From the human T2T-CHM13v2.0 reference genome, Homo sapiens: DNA of 64,000 nt. Below, piece after piece: positions 14,355 to 33,409 of this stretch. A program made the translations under genes and the position numbers. Location of the stretch: the NCBI RefSeq assembly GCF_009914755.1, contig NC_060928.1. One strand, 5' to 3'. Position 1 is the stretch's first letter, and every line of letters starts with the position of its first letter. The notes beneath the pieces are model-generated. The model had not been told where the DNA came from, ran no database searches, and saw only the letters and a program-made list of their open reading frames with translations.

Positions 14355-16814
14355 TTTTTTTGTTTTTTTCTTTTAAAATTTTTCCCTTTATTTTTAGTTG
14401 ACATGTAATAAGTGTACATATTTATGGAATATGAAGTCATATTTCAATACAAGTGTACAATGTGTAATGATCCAATCAGGGTAATTAGCATATCCATTAC
14501 CTCAAACATCTATCATTTCTTTGTTTTGTGAACATTCAAAATCCTCTCTTCTAGCCTTTTGAGATTGTACAATAAGTTATAGTTACCCATATTCACTCCA
14601 CAGTGCTGCAGAATACCAGAATTCATTCCTTCTATGTAGCTTTAATTTTGTATCCGTTAACCAACCTCTCCCAATCCTCTCCTCCCTCCGACCCTTCCCA
14701 ACCTCTAATACCCACAATTCTAGTTTCTACTTCCATGAACTCAATTTTTTTTGGCTTCCACATATGAATAAGAATATGCTGTACTTATCTTACTGTGACA
14801 GACTTATTTAACTTAACATAAAGTCCTCTAGACTCATTCATTTTGCTGTGAATAACATTTTGCTGTGAATTCATTTTGTTCTTTTTATGGCTGAATAGTA
14901 TTCCACTGTGTATATATGCCATATCTTCTCTATCCCTTCATCTCTTGATAGACATTTAGGTTGATTCCATATCTTAGGTGTTATGAAGAGTGCTACAATA
15001 AACATGGGAGTGCAAATATCCCTTTGATGTATTGATTTCTTTTCCTTTGGATAAATACCCAGTGGTGGGATTGTAGAATTGCATGGTAGTTCTATTTTTG
15101 ATTTTTTGAGAAACCTCTACATTATTTTCCATAATGACTGTACTAACTTACATTTCCACCAACAGTATATAAACGTTCTTTTATCTCTACACTATTGTGA
15201 ACATTTGTTATTTTTTGTTTATTTTTTATAATAGTTATTTTAACCGGAGTGAAATTGTGGATTTGATTTGCATTTCCCTGATGATTAGTGATATTGAACA
15301 TTTTGAAATACATTTGTTGGCCATTTGCATGTTTTGTTTTGAGAAATGTCTATAAAGACACTTTACCCCCAATTTAATTGAATTGTTATTATTTTTTGCT
15401 GTTGAGTTTGAGTTTCTTATATATTCTGGATATTAGTCCCTTGTCAAATAAGAGTTTACAAATATTTTCTCCCTTTATAAAGTTTTTCTCTTCGCTCTGT
15501 TGAACGTTTATTTTGCTGCATCCAAGCTCTTCAATTTAATACAGTCTCATTTGTCTATTTTTGTTTTTTGTTGGCTGTGCTTTTGTAGTCTTAACCATAA
15601 AATTTTTGCCTAGATGTATGTCTTGAAGCATTTTTCCTATATTTTCTTCTAGTAGTTTTAGAGTTTTTGGTCTTATGTTTAAGTCTTTAATTAATATTGA
15701 ACTGATTTTTATATATGCTGACATATAGGGGTCTAGTTTCATTCCTCTGTATGTATATATCCAGTTTTCCCAGAATAATTTATTGAAGAGACTATCTTTT
15801 CCCTAAAGTATATTCTAGGCAACTTTGTCAAAAATCAGTTGGCTGTAAATGTGTGAAATTACTTCTAAGTTCTCTATTTTGTTCATTGGTCTATGCGTTT
15901 GTTTTTAAACCAATACCATGCTGTTTGGGTTCCTACAGCTGTGTAGTATATTTCGAAGTCAGGTCATGTCATGCCTTCAGCTTTGTTCTTTTTGCTTAAC
16001 ATTGCTTTGGCTATTTGGTTCTTTGTGGTTTGATACAAATTTTAGGATTTTTTCTATTTCTGTGAAGAATATCAATGGTGTTTTGATAAGGATTGCATTG
16101 ACTCTGTAAATTGCTTTGGGTAGTATGATTACCTTAAGAATATTAATTCTTTAAACCCATGGGCATGAGATGTCTTTCTATTTGTTTGTGTCCTCATCAA
16201 TTTCTTTTATTGATGCTTTGTTATTTTTCTTGAGACGTCATTCACCTCCTGGCTTAAATTTACTATTTTCTGTAGCTATTGTAAATGGAATTGCTTTCTT
16301 TATTTCTTTTTCAGCTAGTTCATTATTGGTATATAGAAACATGACTGATTTTTTTATATTGATTTTGGGTCTTGCAACTTTGAATTTGTTTTTCATTCTA
16401 AGATTTTTTTTTTTTTGGCAGAGCCTTGAGGTTTTCCTATATATAAGATCATGTTGGCTGTGAAAAGGGACAATTTGACTTCCTCCTTTCCAATTTGAAT
16501 GCCTTTTATTTTCTCTTTTGACTAATTGCTCTGGCTAGGATCTCTAGTCAAATAGGAATGGTGAAAATAGGCTTCCCCATCTTGTTCCAATTCTTAAAGG
16601 CTTTCAGCTTTTTTCTATTCAGTATAATGTTAGCTGTGGGTTTGTCATATATGACCTTTATTGTGTTGAGGTATGTTCTTTTTATTCATAATTTGTTTAG
16701 AATTTTTAATCATGAAGGAATGTTGAATGTTATCAATTTATTTTTGTGGGTCTATTCATATGATCACATGGTTTTCATCCTTCATTCTGTAGATGTGATG
16801 TATCACATTTATTG
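14355..16814 (-). mobile_element. L1MA (about L1MA4-6) 5'-truncated LINE
   Basis: 3' UTR ATCAGGGTAATTAGCATATCCATTACCTCAAAC typical of L1MA; ORF2 remnant 15536-15742 ([14 protein letters not shown]...LKLLEEN). Confidence 0.88.
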
Positions 16815-16819
16815 TATCA

Positions 16820-17177
16820 CTGCCCATGCTGCTGCAGAAGATCTCTCTGAACCTCTTCTTTTTCTGTGAGCTTCTGATTCATGAGTTGTTCTTTGTTCAA
16901 GTAAACTCTACTATATTTATTTTATCTAAAGTTTTTCTCTTCTTTTTTGTTATTTCTTGTAAAAATAACAAAAACAACAATAACAACAAAAAAACACGGT
17001 ACATCTGCAGAACGGGCAGGCTTGTTACATAGGTATACGTGTGCCATGGTCGTTTGCTGCACCTATTGACCTGTCCTCTAAGTTCTCTCCCTTCACCCCC
17101 CAACCCCTCAACAGGCCCTAGTGTGTATTGTTCCTCTCTCTGTGTCCATGTGTTCTCAATAAAAGTTTTTTTTAACA
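16820..17177 (+). mobile_element. ERV1 (MER4-group-like) LTR 3' remnant, interrupted by the short L1
   Basis: TGAACCTCTTCT...GATTCATGAG...TAAACTCT...TCTAAAGTTTTT resumes as AAAGTTTTTTTTAACA after the L1 fragment. Confidence 0.45.
16942..17160 (-). mobile_element. L1PA8A-like 3'-end fragment
   Basis: ACCTATTGACCTGTCCTCTAAGTTCTCTCCC 3' UTR lacking the usual internal segment; flanked by AAAGTTTTT at 16928-16936 and 17162-17170. Confidence 0.8.
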
Positions 17178-18181
17178 TGTTTTATGAATCACATATAGCC
17201 ATAACCTGCAGAAAAACTGCTATAGCACAGCTGGCTAAAAAAATATCAGTTTGATAAAAACCCTGCTTAACTTCCAAATAATTTCCATGTTTTTTAAGGA
17301 AGTTAAAGAGGACTATTACTTATGTACCAAGAGTTGTGCTACATACTGATAAATTTTGTAAATATTTATATTGTTTAATCTGTACAGCAGCCTTATGGAG
17401 TACCTGTAGTGTTATTAAATGTGTCAGATGCTAAAGGAGACGTCTAGAATAGTAAAATGCCTTGCCTTACTCATGGACACATGGATAATAAGATTTTATG
17501 AGATTCCGAAACCTGTGTTCTTTCTACTACTTCACCACACTGCTTCTGGATCCATCTATCATTAACTTAACAAAGACATACATTTTTGTGTTAATGTATT
17601 ATCTTTTTATTATAGTAAACTTAATACACTTAAAGAGGAAGGAGTTAATGTGAATGAAATCAATAGTCAAAACTAGCCCATGAGTTGAGGATGGAAATAA
17701 CAACAGAAAATAAACTCAATTCTTGAGTGTTCAGACTTGTGATAGCGCAGACACACATTTTTTTTCCATTTAGACATGCAGGACCAGAACAGAAACGCAT
17801 GCCTGTAATAAGTGAGACATTAGCAGCCTACAAACATTGATATTGTGAGAAAAGAGTGTCACAGCTCTTAATAACCTATAGGTGTATAATTTATATTTTT
17901 AGTTATTAATACAAAATTTAAAGGAGACTCAGAGCCTTTAAGAAAAGTCTACTTTCTTTGTTGTTTGGGATATATTACATTTAAGAATATTTACATGAAA
18001 GTTTTAAAATGGTATAAAATTATATGGTGATGTTAGAAATATAAGCGTTCTGCAGTATTTCAAGCACACTTTCTATGATGTGCTCATACTCTTAAGTAAC
18101 TGTAAAGCCCTTCTTTCCCCTGTCCACACAGGAGACACAGCACATTTTTAGAGGGCTTCAAATCGAAGAACTGACAGCTCT

Positions 18182-18688
18182 TGTGTCTGTTGGGTCCTGC
18201 AGTTAGCACACATGTCAAGACAGAGTTAGAACTGTAAGAAATTTATTGGAGGAAAACTGGTGAGAGATAAAGGTGAACAGTATTAGCAGCAGTAGGTGGT
18301 GAAATTCTCAGACAGTGCTACAGGTCTGACACCTGCGAAAGAAAAGGGTAATGACGGAAGTTTAGGTAGAAAAAGTCTCAGGCTACACCTCACTGCAGCT
18401 CTGAAAAAGTCCCAGCTAGCCTAAGCCGAAGCTCAAGCACAAAGATTGCTAGAACAGGAGTCTTGAATGAGGCCAAAATGGCCAGGCTTTGTATCTCTAC
18501 CATGCCCAGCCATTGGCAAGGTCTGTCCACAAAGAATGGGAGGCACACTGCTTTGGGCAAATGCCATGTCACATCCTTCAGGCACTGGTACTGGAGAGTG
18601 TCAGCTAACTGAACTCCTCACAGCTGAAAATCTGACAATCTAGTTGTTTTGTGAGGGTAGATCTAAATGTGCCTCTGTGGCTCCCGCA
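18182..18688 (-). mobile_element. LTR16-family (ERVL) LTR
   Basis: AGAAATTTATTGGAGG, CAGGTCTGACACCTG and TCAGCTAACTGAACTCCTCACAGCTG are LTR16-class motifs. Confidence 0.65.
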
Positions 18689-19169
18689 GACTGCTACTCA
18701 TTTAGCAACCACAGTCCTATTCTCTCGATTTTGAAATACTCTCCCTCTACTTGATCTTAAGAGGGTCTTCCTGTTCTTTCTGACTATACTTTCTCTCCAG
18801 TGTTTCACCATGGCTTATTTAAATCTGAAGCTACCACCCCTGTCTTGTAGCACCATGACAAGAATCAACACAACAGGACAACAATACAAGAATCTATCTG
18901 TGGATTCCCGTTGGTACGGAATCTACTGGAACCTGATGAGTTCAACTGTGATTTTGGCTTATAACTCAGGATTAATGATAACAGCTTTTTTTTCTTGTAT
19001 TTAACACACATAATTTAAAACAATAAATATACATTGAATACCAATGCCAATCTGATGCTGATTACTTGGAAACTTAATACGTGAATCACCTCAATTTTTA
19101 AAGGATTTCTTGCTGAATATATATGTGTATATATAGCATATATATATAGGTATGTGGGTATATGTACTC

Positions 19170-19230
19170 TTTCGTTTCTTTTTCCTTCCTTTTCTCCTTT
19201 CTTTCCTTCCTTTCTTCTTTCCTTCCTTCC
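19170..19230. repeat. (TTCC/TTTC)n low-complexity pyrimidine tract
   Basis: Direct inspection. Confidence 0.8.
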
Positions 19231-19291
19231 AAGACTGCATACTATTCCAACAGAGATGTTTACATGTTTATGAAAAGACATATACTAAGGT

Positions 19292-20100
19292 GAAATGCAA
19301 ATCAAAACCACAATGAGGTATCACTTTATGCCCACTAAGATAGATCAACTGGAATGATTAAAATAAAAAATATAACAACAAGTGTTGGTGAAAGTGTGGA
19401 GAAATTGAAACTCATTCATTGTTTGTGAAAATGTAAAATGGTGCAGCTGTTTTGGAAAACATCTTGGCAGTTCCTCAGAATAGTAAATATTTTCACTCTC
19501 TTAAGATCAGGTAGTGGGAGAGGGTATTAAAACCAGGGGAATGACCCAGAAAATCTACTCCTAGGTATATACACAAAAGAATAAAAATATAGGCTTATAC
19601 ATAAACTTACACATATGTTCTTAGCAATATTATCCATAATATTCAAAAAGTAGAAATAGTCCAAATGTCTGTCACCTGAAGAATGAATAAACAAAATGTG
19701 CTATATCCTTGCAATGGAATATTATTCAGCCACAAAAAGGAATTAAGTGCTTATACATGCTACAACATAAATTAACCTTGAAATAATTATGCTAAATGAA
19801 AGAAAGATATCAACTCAAGAAGCCACATATTATATAGCTCAGTTTATATTGATTGCCCAGGATAACCATATCCATAGGTACAGAATATAGAATACTAGTT
19901 TTCAGGGAATGTAGGAAGGAGAGAGGACAGTAAATGACTGCTAATTGTCAAATAGTTTCTTTTAAGGTAATGACATTGTCTGGAATTAGATAGCGGTAAT
20001 AGCTGCATAACTTTGTGAATATACCAAAAACATAAAACAAAGCACACCAAATTATGCACTTTAAAAGAATACATTTCACGCAAATTGTATCTCAATAAAA
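19292..20100 (+). mobile_element. L1MB 3' fragment
   Basis: GAAATGCAAATCAAAACCACAATGAG through TTGTATCTCAATAAA; contains a ~45-bp foreign insert at 19498-19542. Confidence 0.85.
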
Positions 20101-20611
20101 CATACACACACACTACTAAATTAGAAGTTTTATTACTGTGAGACAGAAAATGTTAATGAAAACCCAGTTGTTATCCAAATATTTAGTTTTAATGCTGGCT
20201 ATAGTAGTCTTCATGATTACCTTAAATTGTCATCTGCTTACATTCTTATGTAGTTCATTTCCACATAAGTTGTCCATAGGACCAAGAAAACACAGCAGAA
20301 ATGATGGTTTGTGGTTTCCAAGATTACATTCTAAAGATACCATGGCTTCCATCATGGTCACTGTCTTTCTTTTTTTTTTTATTTTTTTTTATTTTATTTT
20401 ATTATTATTATACTTCAAGTTTTAGGGTACATGTCCACAATGTGCAGGTTAGTTACATATGTATACATGTGCTATGTTGGTGTGCTGCACCCATTAACTC
20501 GTCATTTAGCATTAGGTATATCTCCTAATGCTATCCCTCCCCTCTCCCCCCACCCCACAACAGTCCCCAGAGTGTGATGTTCCCCTTCCTGTGTCCAGGT
20601 GTTCTCATTGT

Positions 20612-22557
<1,946 letters not shown>

Positions 22558-25500
22558 ATGGTCACTGTCTTTCAATCTCTCTATGGAAGCAAGCCATATG
22601 GTGCACAACTCTATGAACAGTCCACGTGGTGTGGACCTGACGTCTCCCCCCAACAGCCATGTGAGTAGACTGAGAAATGGATTCTCCAGCCCTACTCAAG
22701 CCTTTAGAGAAATGCAGCCTGGGCTAACAGATTGACTGACCTAAGAGAGACTTGGGGCCAGAACTACAGAGCTAAGCTGCTGCTAGATTCCTGACTCTTA
22801 GAAACTATGTGAGATACTTAATATGTTTTGTTTCAAGCTGCCTAATTTTAGTGTTATTAGTTATGCAGCAACAGATAATTTAGCGAAGTTGTAGACATCA
22901 AGGTGTTGAGTGATAAGAATGTAAAATAGCTGAATGCTTAATCACATTATGTATGTTTAAATGAGTGTTTTGGCATGTATAACTATGTATATACATATTT
23001 CGTTATAATATATACTATATGTTATATAGATATATAGCTTAGGTCCATATCCTGTCAGAAAGAGAGTTAAAAGAGATGAAAGGAAGTTGTAGGAGGAAAA
23101 TGCACAAAGGAAACAAAACTGAGGTAAAGGAAACAAAATATTGTGTTAGTGTGATGTGTTCTTTGATTTAACAACAGAAAGAAAAGGATAATGAATAGTT
23201 TCTTAACAAAAGAATACAATAATGATGATGACACTAAGGACTACTCTTCATGAAAACCCCAGAGAATAATATACATTTTTCTGCCAATTGATTAAATGTA
23301 TTAAATAAATTCAATAAAGTATAAGCTACCATAAATATCTAAACTGCTTGAAATATATTCTTAAAAACAGAATCAACGTTAGATAAAATTTTAATGTACT
23401 TTTTTATGGCTCCTACTTTGAGAGTTTTAGAATAGTGCTGAATAGAGGCTGTGTGGTGGAGCTGAAATAACTCACAATGCTAAGATCATTGATCTGTTAG
23501 GCTACAATACTCTGTGCCTTCATAAATGTTGGAAAATTTTCTTAAAATTCATATCTAGACTGGAATATAATTATGAACAAAGAAACATTCAAAACACCAC
23601 TGTACAGAATGCAAAAACTGTTTTAAGTCAGTGTGAAGATGATGCTTTGCTCAGAAAAAAATATTATCATATTGTTATGTGCTTTGGAATGCACATATAA
23701 TATAAAGCATCTGAAGTATCATTACATAACTAATGAAGTAATGGAGCTGTATAATAAATATGCATTAACTAATATATCTCACTGAAGTAGTTTCCTAATA
23801 TATAACATTATGAGGAGAGGAGAGAAGAACAGGTAGCACATCTTTATTTCAAAGATGCTCCCAGTAGAGAAAACTTTTTTTTTTTTAGTTTTCTTCCAGT
23901 ATATACTTGCAAAGTCTGTTCTTTCAATACCTTTCAGTGCTTCAAATAATCATTTGTGAGTTGACTTTGTTATTAATAACAAAAATAGTAGCTAAAAATT
24001 ATGTAATTATTCTATAATTTTTGTTTTCATGTTAACATTGTTATTTAGGTTCTGTTAATGTTCCCATTTTAGAATTTTAGAAAATAGAAAGATTAAGTAT
24101 TTGCCCACAGTAACACAGCTTTATTTAATGCTTCTATTCATTCATCTTTTTTTTAATCTTGCTGTAATGTCATCCAATACCACTCCACTGACTTTCCAAC
24201 ATATTCTGGTACTGCTTCAGTATTGACCTTTTAAGGACTAACAGGCAGGTCTTTCAGGTCTAGTATGTCTTTGTGTCTAAATTTATCAGATATTTGTAGC
24301 CACTTATGGATTACCAATCATCTTAGCAGAAAAAAAGAGAAAAAGTTCTTTATGTTTTGCTCTCTTGTGATTATGGGGGAAGAAAAAAATAAGACAAAAA
24401 TTAGGCAAAGAAAAGAAAAATAATCCCAACCTTCATTAGAATTTACAATAAAAATGATTAAAAATTTCCCAAACATTTCTAAGAAATTTAAGTAAAATCA
24501 GTCTTTTCTTTGAAGTTCTCTTAACCCAAAATTGGATAGGAAAAAAATGAATATCTCTGTTCACTGATGAAAAGAAATCATGCAATCATATATTGTTAGA
24601 GTCATAAGAAGCCTCATTTTACACATGATGTCAAAGAGAGCTGAAAAGTCTGTGAGTTGCCCAGGGTCACATTGTTGGGACAAAGACATGCATTTCTTCT
24701 ATCACCCATTTTTGTTTCCATTCACTACAATTTTTATGAATGTTTCTCTTCCAGGCTTCTTGTGCACTAGTGCTTTACCTAATATATTAAGTTTTACATT
24801 CTTATCCTCACCATTTTCTTTCTTGCATAAAATGATGAATGCTTAGCTATGAAGCATATATTTGAAAGAACATTTCAGGCTATATTAGATTTTTCTAGAG
24901 GTTCTAGATACTTCAGCAGAAGACATTAAGATGAGCTAGGGCAGTTCTACTATAGTACAGTCATATATTAATTGTTCATAAATTAATAAATGGAATTATT
25001 TAAATTAGTTCACATTTAAATGGATTTTGTCAGAAAAAATAAACACATTTACATGGTATATACATAGTATGCATATTCCTATATAGGCATATTCATACAC
25101 ATGCATACACATACACTAAACCTGTTGAATATCTGGGATCCATGAATTTCCTCAAAGTCTGTCTATGAGTCACAAGTCTCATTCTAGATATTTGTTGAAT
25201 TATCTTTCTTTTTTATTGCTTATATGACCATTTTCCTGCTTAATAATGTATGTATGTCTCTGAAAGTTGATAAAAAGTAGTGCCATTGTTGCTCAAGTTT
25301 ATTTATTGGTCTGATTGATAGTTGGTAGGAACCACTAAGAAGAAATGAAGAAAATTATTAATTTACATGAGGTTTAGGAATATATTAGGTACTTAATTTA
25401 CCCATCCTTATTTTCCATTTTTATAGATGATTGACATTCAGCTAGATCCACCGTAATAGAAAAATAATTTTGAATTTGAGATGATTACTACTGTTTATAA

Positions 25501-28500
25501 TTCTATTCTCAATGACTGAGTTGAATCTTAATTTTATGTCTTCACACTATTAACATTCATGTAAATTATGAACAGAAGTCTTCAGAAAAGCACTGACAAA
25601 GATCACTTTTTTGAAGATTAAAAAAAAAATGTTGGGCAAAGGAAAATGCTCTTGGGATGAGAATATTTGAGCCATTTTACCCTAAAGCAAATATTTAACT
25701 TTTGAAATAGAAATCTCCAAAACAAAAGTCTATCCTGGAATTGTTGACAAATCCTTAACTAGAATTTTTACTGGTTGCTACCATAATACTGTACATATTT
25801 CTTTGTGAAAGAATTGAAGTTGCTAATAATAAAGCTTAGCTTTATAATATTGAAATTGCCTCTCTCTTTTTTAAGATCCTGGGAGAAAAACAATTAGAGA
25901 AAGACAATTTAGCTAAATAGACTGCGAAACAACCCGGCTGAATCCAGGCTTCATTAATCTCCCTCTTTCTCCTCTCATATTTCCCACGAATGGCTTGATT
26001 ATGTTTACCTGACATCCCCACACTTCCCTGCTGACTGTGTTTGCCTCAAAGCCAAGATAGACAATGTTTTCTACAAACATTTATACTTCCTTGCAGAAAG
26101 GCCAGCCTTTGTGAATATATAATTGAAGCTTCAGTATGCCTGTTCCTCTTTCCCAGAATGGAAAAGCACTTTCTGAACCTAGTCTTGAACAATAGATGTG
26201 AGCATAAGCAGGGTTGCTCTGGGGTGCAAATGCTTTATATTAGCTAAGCAAACACAAAGTCAGAGGTTAGCAATTCATGCCATGAATAAGAAGCATGCCC
26301 CCCAAAAGGTTGATCAAACGTTGAACTCCTTTAAACTTTCCGAAGTCAGGGCTTTAGAAATACGGCTGCCATGTTTTGATGCCCTTTACCCCCAAATCCA
26401 GCAGGATAATGGCCTCTAACTGTTGCACTGAAATAAAGTGCTTTTTCTAAGATGAAGCTCTTTGCAAGCACAGTCTGAGATGAGAGCTGTGGAGAAATAA
26501 CAAGCAGCAGAGCTGATTTTCTGGAGCTCTCTTTATGGACTGAGCCATAAATTTATAACGATGTGAAGGCTTCAGAGATTTCCTAGTTGCCCTCATAAGA
26601 AATAGACATCATTCTATTTTCTGACAGTTCAGGTAGTAGAATTAGGCACATTTTCCCCACAGTCTCCAGGCTATGAATCTGAGTAACTAATCTACTGATA
26701 ATAATATGTGATGCCTCAAATTAGAAACCAATATTGCATCTGTGAATTAATGGCATTTCATTATGTATTACTGTCTGCATTAATAAATAGTGACTAGACT
26801 AAGATTTTCTGTTCAGAGGTAACTCAGGAGAGTTCTGTTCAAGTCCAGTTTCAGTCAAGGGCAGTATAAAATGATGAATGGAGAAACCACAATAAACTGA
26901 GTATGTCTCAGAGGCAAAAACATCTAGAGCTTCCCATTGTATGTGAGTCAGATTCCTCTCAGGCTGGAGACAGCAGAGCATTGCCGAATGAAAAGTAAAT
27001 GGGGATTAAAAATCCAGAGCGACTCTCAATTTACACAACAGATTAAACAATTATATTTATGAATTTTTAGTTAGGCTGGTCACAAACTGACCCAGCTCCT
27101 TGAGTAGAAGAAACTTGGTCTGGACTCATGAACCCTAAATCATTTAAACCCAAGCTTTGTTTACCAAGCGATAAAACTGAATCAAGAGCAGAAACTGAAT
27201 TTAATAGGCACCCTGTGATTCTCCTCTCTCACTGGCAACTTCCTGCTTGCTACAGCTGATTAGGCAGCATTTATGCAGTGAATAAAAAGCTGTTTTCCCT
27301 ACCTCTCCTCCTCTCTTCTCAAATTCAGTATTTCCAAACTCAGTCAGCAATTATCAATGAAAAGAAATGCTGTCGCCCTGTCTCTGCATTAGTGGAGCAT
27401 GAAGACCAACTGGGGTCAGCTCAAAATGATTAACTCGCAGAGGCCTTCCTTCTTTTTGGCCTTTACCAAGGATTGGTTTTGGCCTGTCACTTTGAAGCAA
27501 AATTTCCATTTTAGGGGATGGAGGAGCTATGTATCAGCTAGTTATCCCTCTACCATCCTAACTTATTCTGCCCCACCTCTTATTATGTATAGTAATAGTC
27601 ATAAATATTGTGTTTTCTTTTGGAACATACATCATGATTCCATGTACTGCTCTTTTGTCTGAACTTCATAATTGATTTCATAACTATACCTGCTTGAAAT
27701 AGGTATATGTGTCACTCTTAGTTTACTCATACTAACATTTTTATTGCTGGATAATATGAATCCATAGCTTTCTCTTCTAAAAACCAATGTAACTTTTGAG
27801 ACAATCTGAGTGTCCTTAATTATAATTTTGCCAATGCTGTTGTAAGCTGTGTTATTTCATTTAATCAAATTTAGAATGAAAAGGTAATCCTCTCTTTTCT
27901 TATTCTCTATCATATAAAAACTATAATTATTTAACTTCGAAGCATTTCTAAAATCTATTTTTAATCTATTTTTTGCATCATAATCTCTAACTGCCATGCA
28001 GTTTGTCTGTGCAAAGACCTATATGCTCACATTAGATTCATAGCTGTGAAGTCTCTAATCTTCAATTCATTTCTATTCATTCCAGTAAGAATCACTTTCA
28101 TCAAGCATCAATTTCTCATTCAGAAGCCAACATATCCTTGTAATTGCATCTCAAATTAAATGTATAGTTAAGAGATCCATTTTTGACTGTTAATTACTAG
28201 TTTCAACCAAAGGAGAAAGGAAGAGAAGAATTAAATTTGTCCAGTATCTATTCTGTGTTATGCATTTTTTTTTCTTTTTCTTATTTTTTTTCTTTTATTA
28301 TTATACTTTAAGTTTTAGGGTACATGTGCACATTGTGCAGGTTAGTTACATATGTATACATGTGCCACGCTGGTAAGCTGCACCCACTAACTCGTCATCT
28401 AGCATTAGGTATATCTCCCAATGCTATCCCTCCCCCATCCCCCCACCCCACAACAGTCCCCAGAGTGTGATGTTCCCCTTCCTGTGTCCATGTGATCTCA

Positions 28501-28504
28501 TTGT

Positions 28505-32345
<3,841 letters not shown>

Positions 32346-32393
32346 TTATTTTGCTAGTTAGTTGATGCAGTTTCTTCCTAGTCTCAATGGTCT

Positions 32394-33409
32394 TTACATT
32401 TTGGCATGATTTTGCAGCGGCTGGTACCGGTTGTTCCTTTCCATGTTTAGCGCTTCCTTCAGGACCTCTTTTAGGGCAGGCCTGGTGGTGACAAAATCTC
32501 TCAGCATTTGCTTGCCTGTAAAGTATTTTATTTCTCCTTCACTTATGAAGCTTAGTTTGGCTGGATATGAAATTCTGGGTTGAAAATTCTTTTCTTTAAG
32601 AATGTTGAATATTGGCCCCCACTCTCTTCTGGCTTGTAGGGTTTCTGCCGAGAGATCCGCTGTTAGTCTGTTGGGCTTTCCTTTGAGGGTAACCCGACCT
32701 TTCTCTCTGGCTGCCCTTAACATTTTTTCCTTCATTTCAACTTTGGTGAATCTGACAATTATGTGTCTTGGAGTTGCTCTTCTCGAGGAGTATCTTTGTG
32801 GTGTTCTCTGTATTTCCTGAATCTGAACATTGGCCTGCCTTGCTAGATTGGGGAAGTTCTCCTGGATAATATCCTGCAGAGTGTTTTCCAACTTGGTTCC
32901 ATTCTCCCTGTCACTTTCAGGTACACCAATGAGACGTAGATTTGGTCTTTTCACATAGTCCCATATTTCTTGGAGGCTTTGCTCATTTCTTTTTATTCTT
33001 TTTTCTCTAAACTTCCCTTCTCGCTTCATTTCATTCATTTCATCTTCCATCGCTGATACCCTTTCTTCCAGTTGATCACATCGGCTCCTGAGGCTTCTGC
33101 ATTCTTCACGTAGTTCTCGAGCCTTGGTTTTCAGCTCCATCAGCTCCTTTAAGCACTTCTCTGTATTGGTTATTCTAGTTATACATTCTTCTAAATTTTT
33201 TTCAAGTTTTCAACTTCTTTGCCTTTGGTTTGAATGTCCTCCCATAGCTCAGAGCAATTTGATCGTCTGAAGCCTTCTTCTCTCAGCTCGTCAAAGTTGT
33301 TCTCCGTCCAGCTTTGTTCCATTGCTGGTGAGGAACTGCGTTCCTTTGGAGGAGGAGAGGCGCTCTGCTTTTTAGAGTTTCCAGTTTTTCTGTTCTGTTT
33401 TTTCCCCAT
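32394..33409 (-). pseudogene. L1 ORF1 (RNA chaperone) with one frameshift
   Basis: MGKKQNRKTGNSK start at 33409; 1-bp deletion near 33204 (ENFEK becomes ENLKKI*); frame resumes to ...NHAKM* at 32394. Confidence 0.96.

Noticed and set aside
14838-14878. CATTTTGCTGTGAAT tandem duplication in the L1MA
   Set aside because: Ordinary small slippage duplication.
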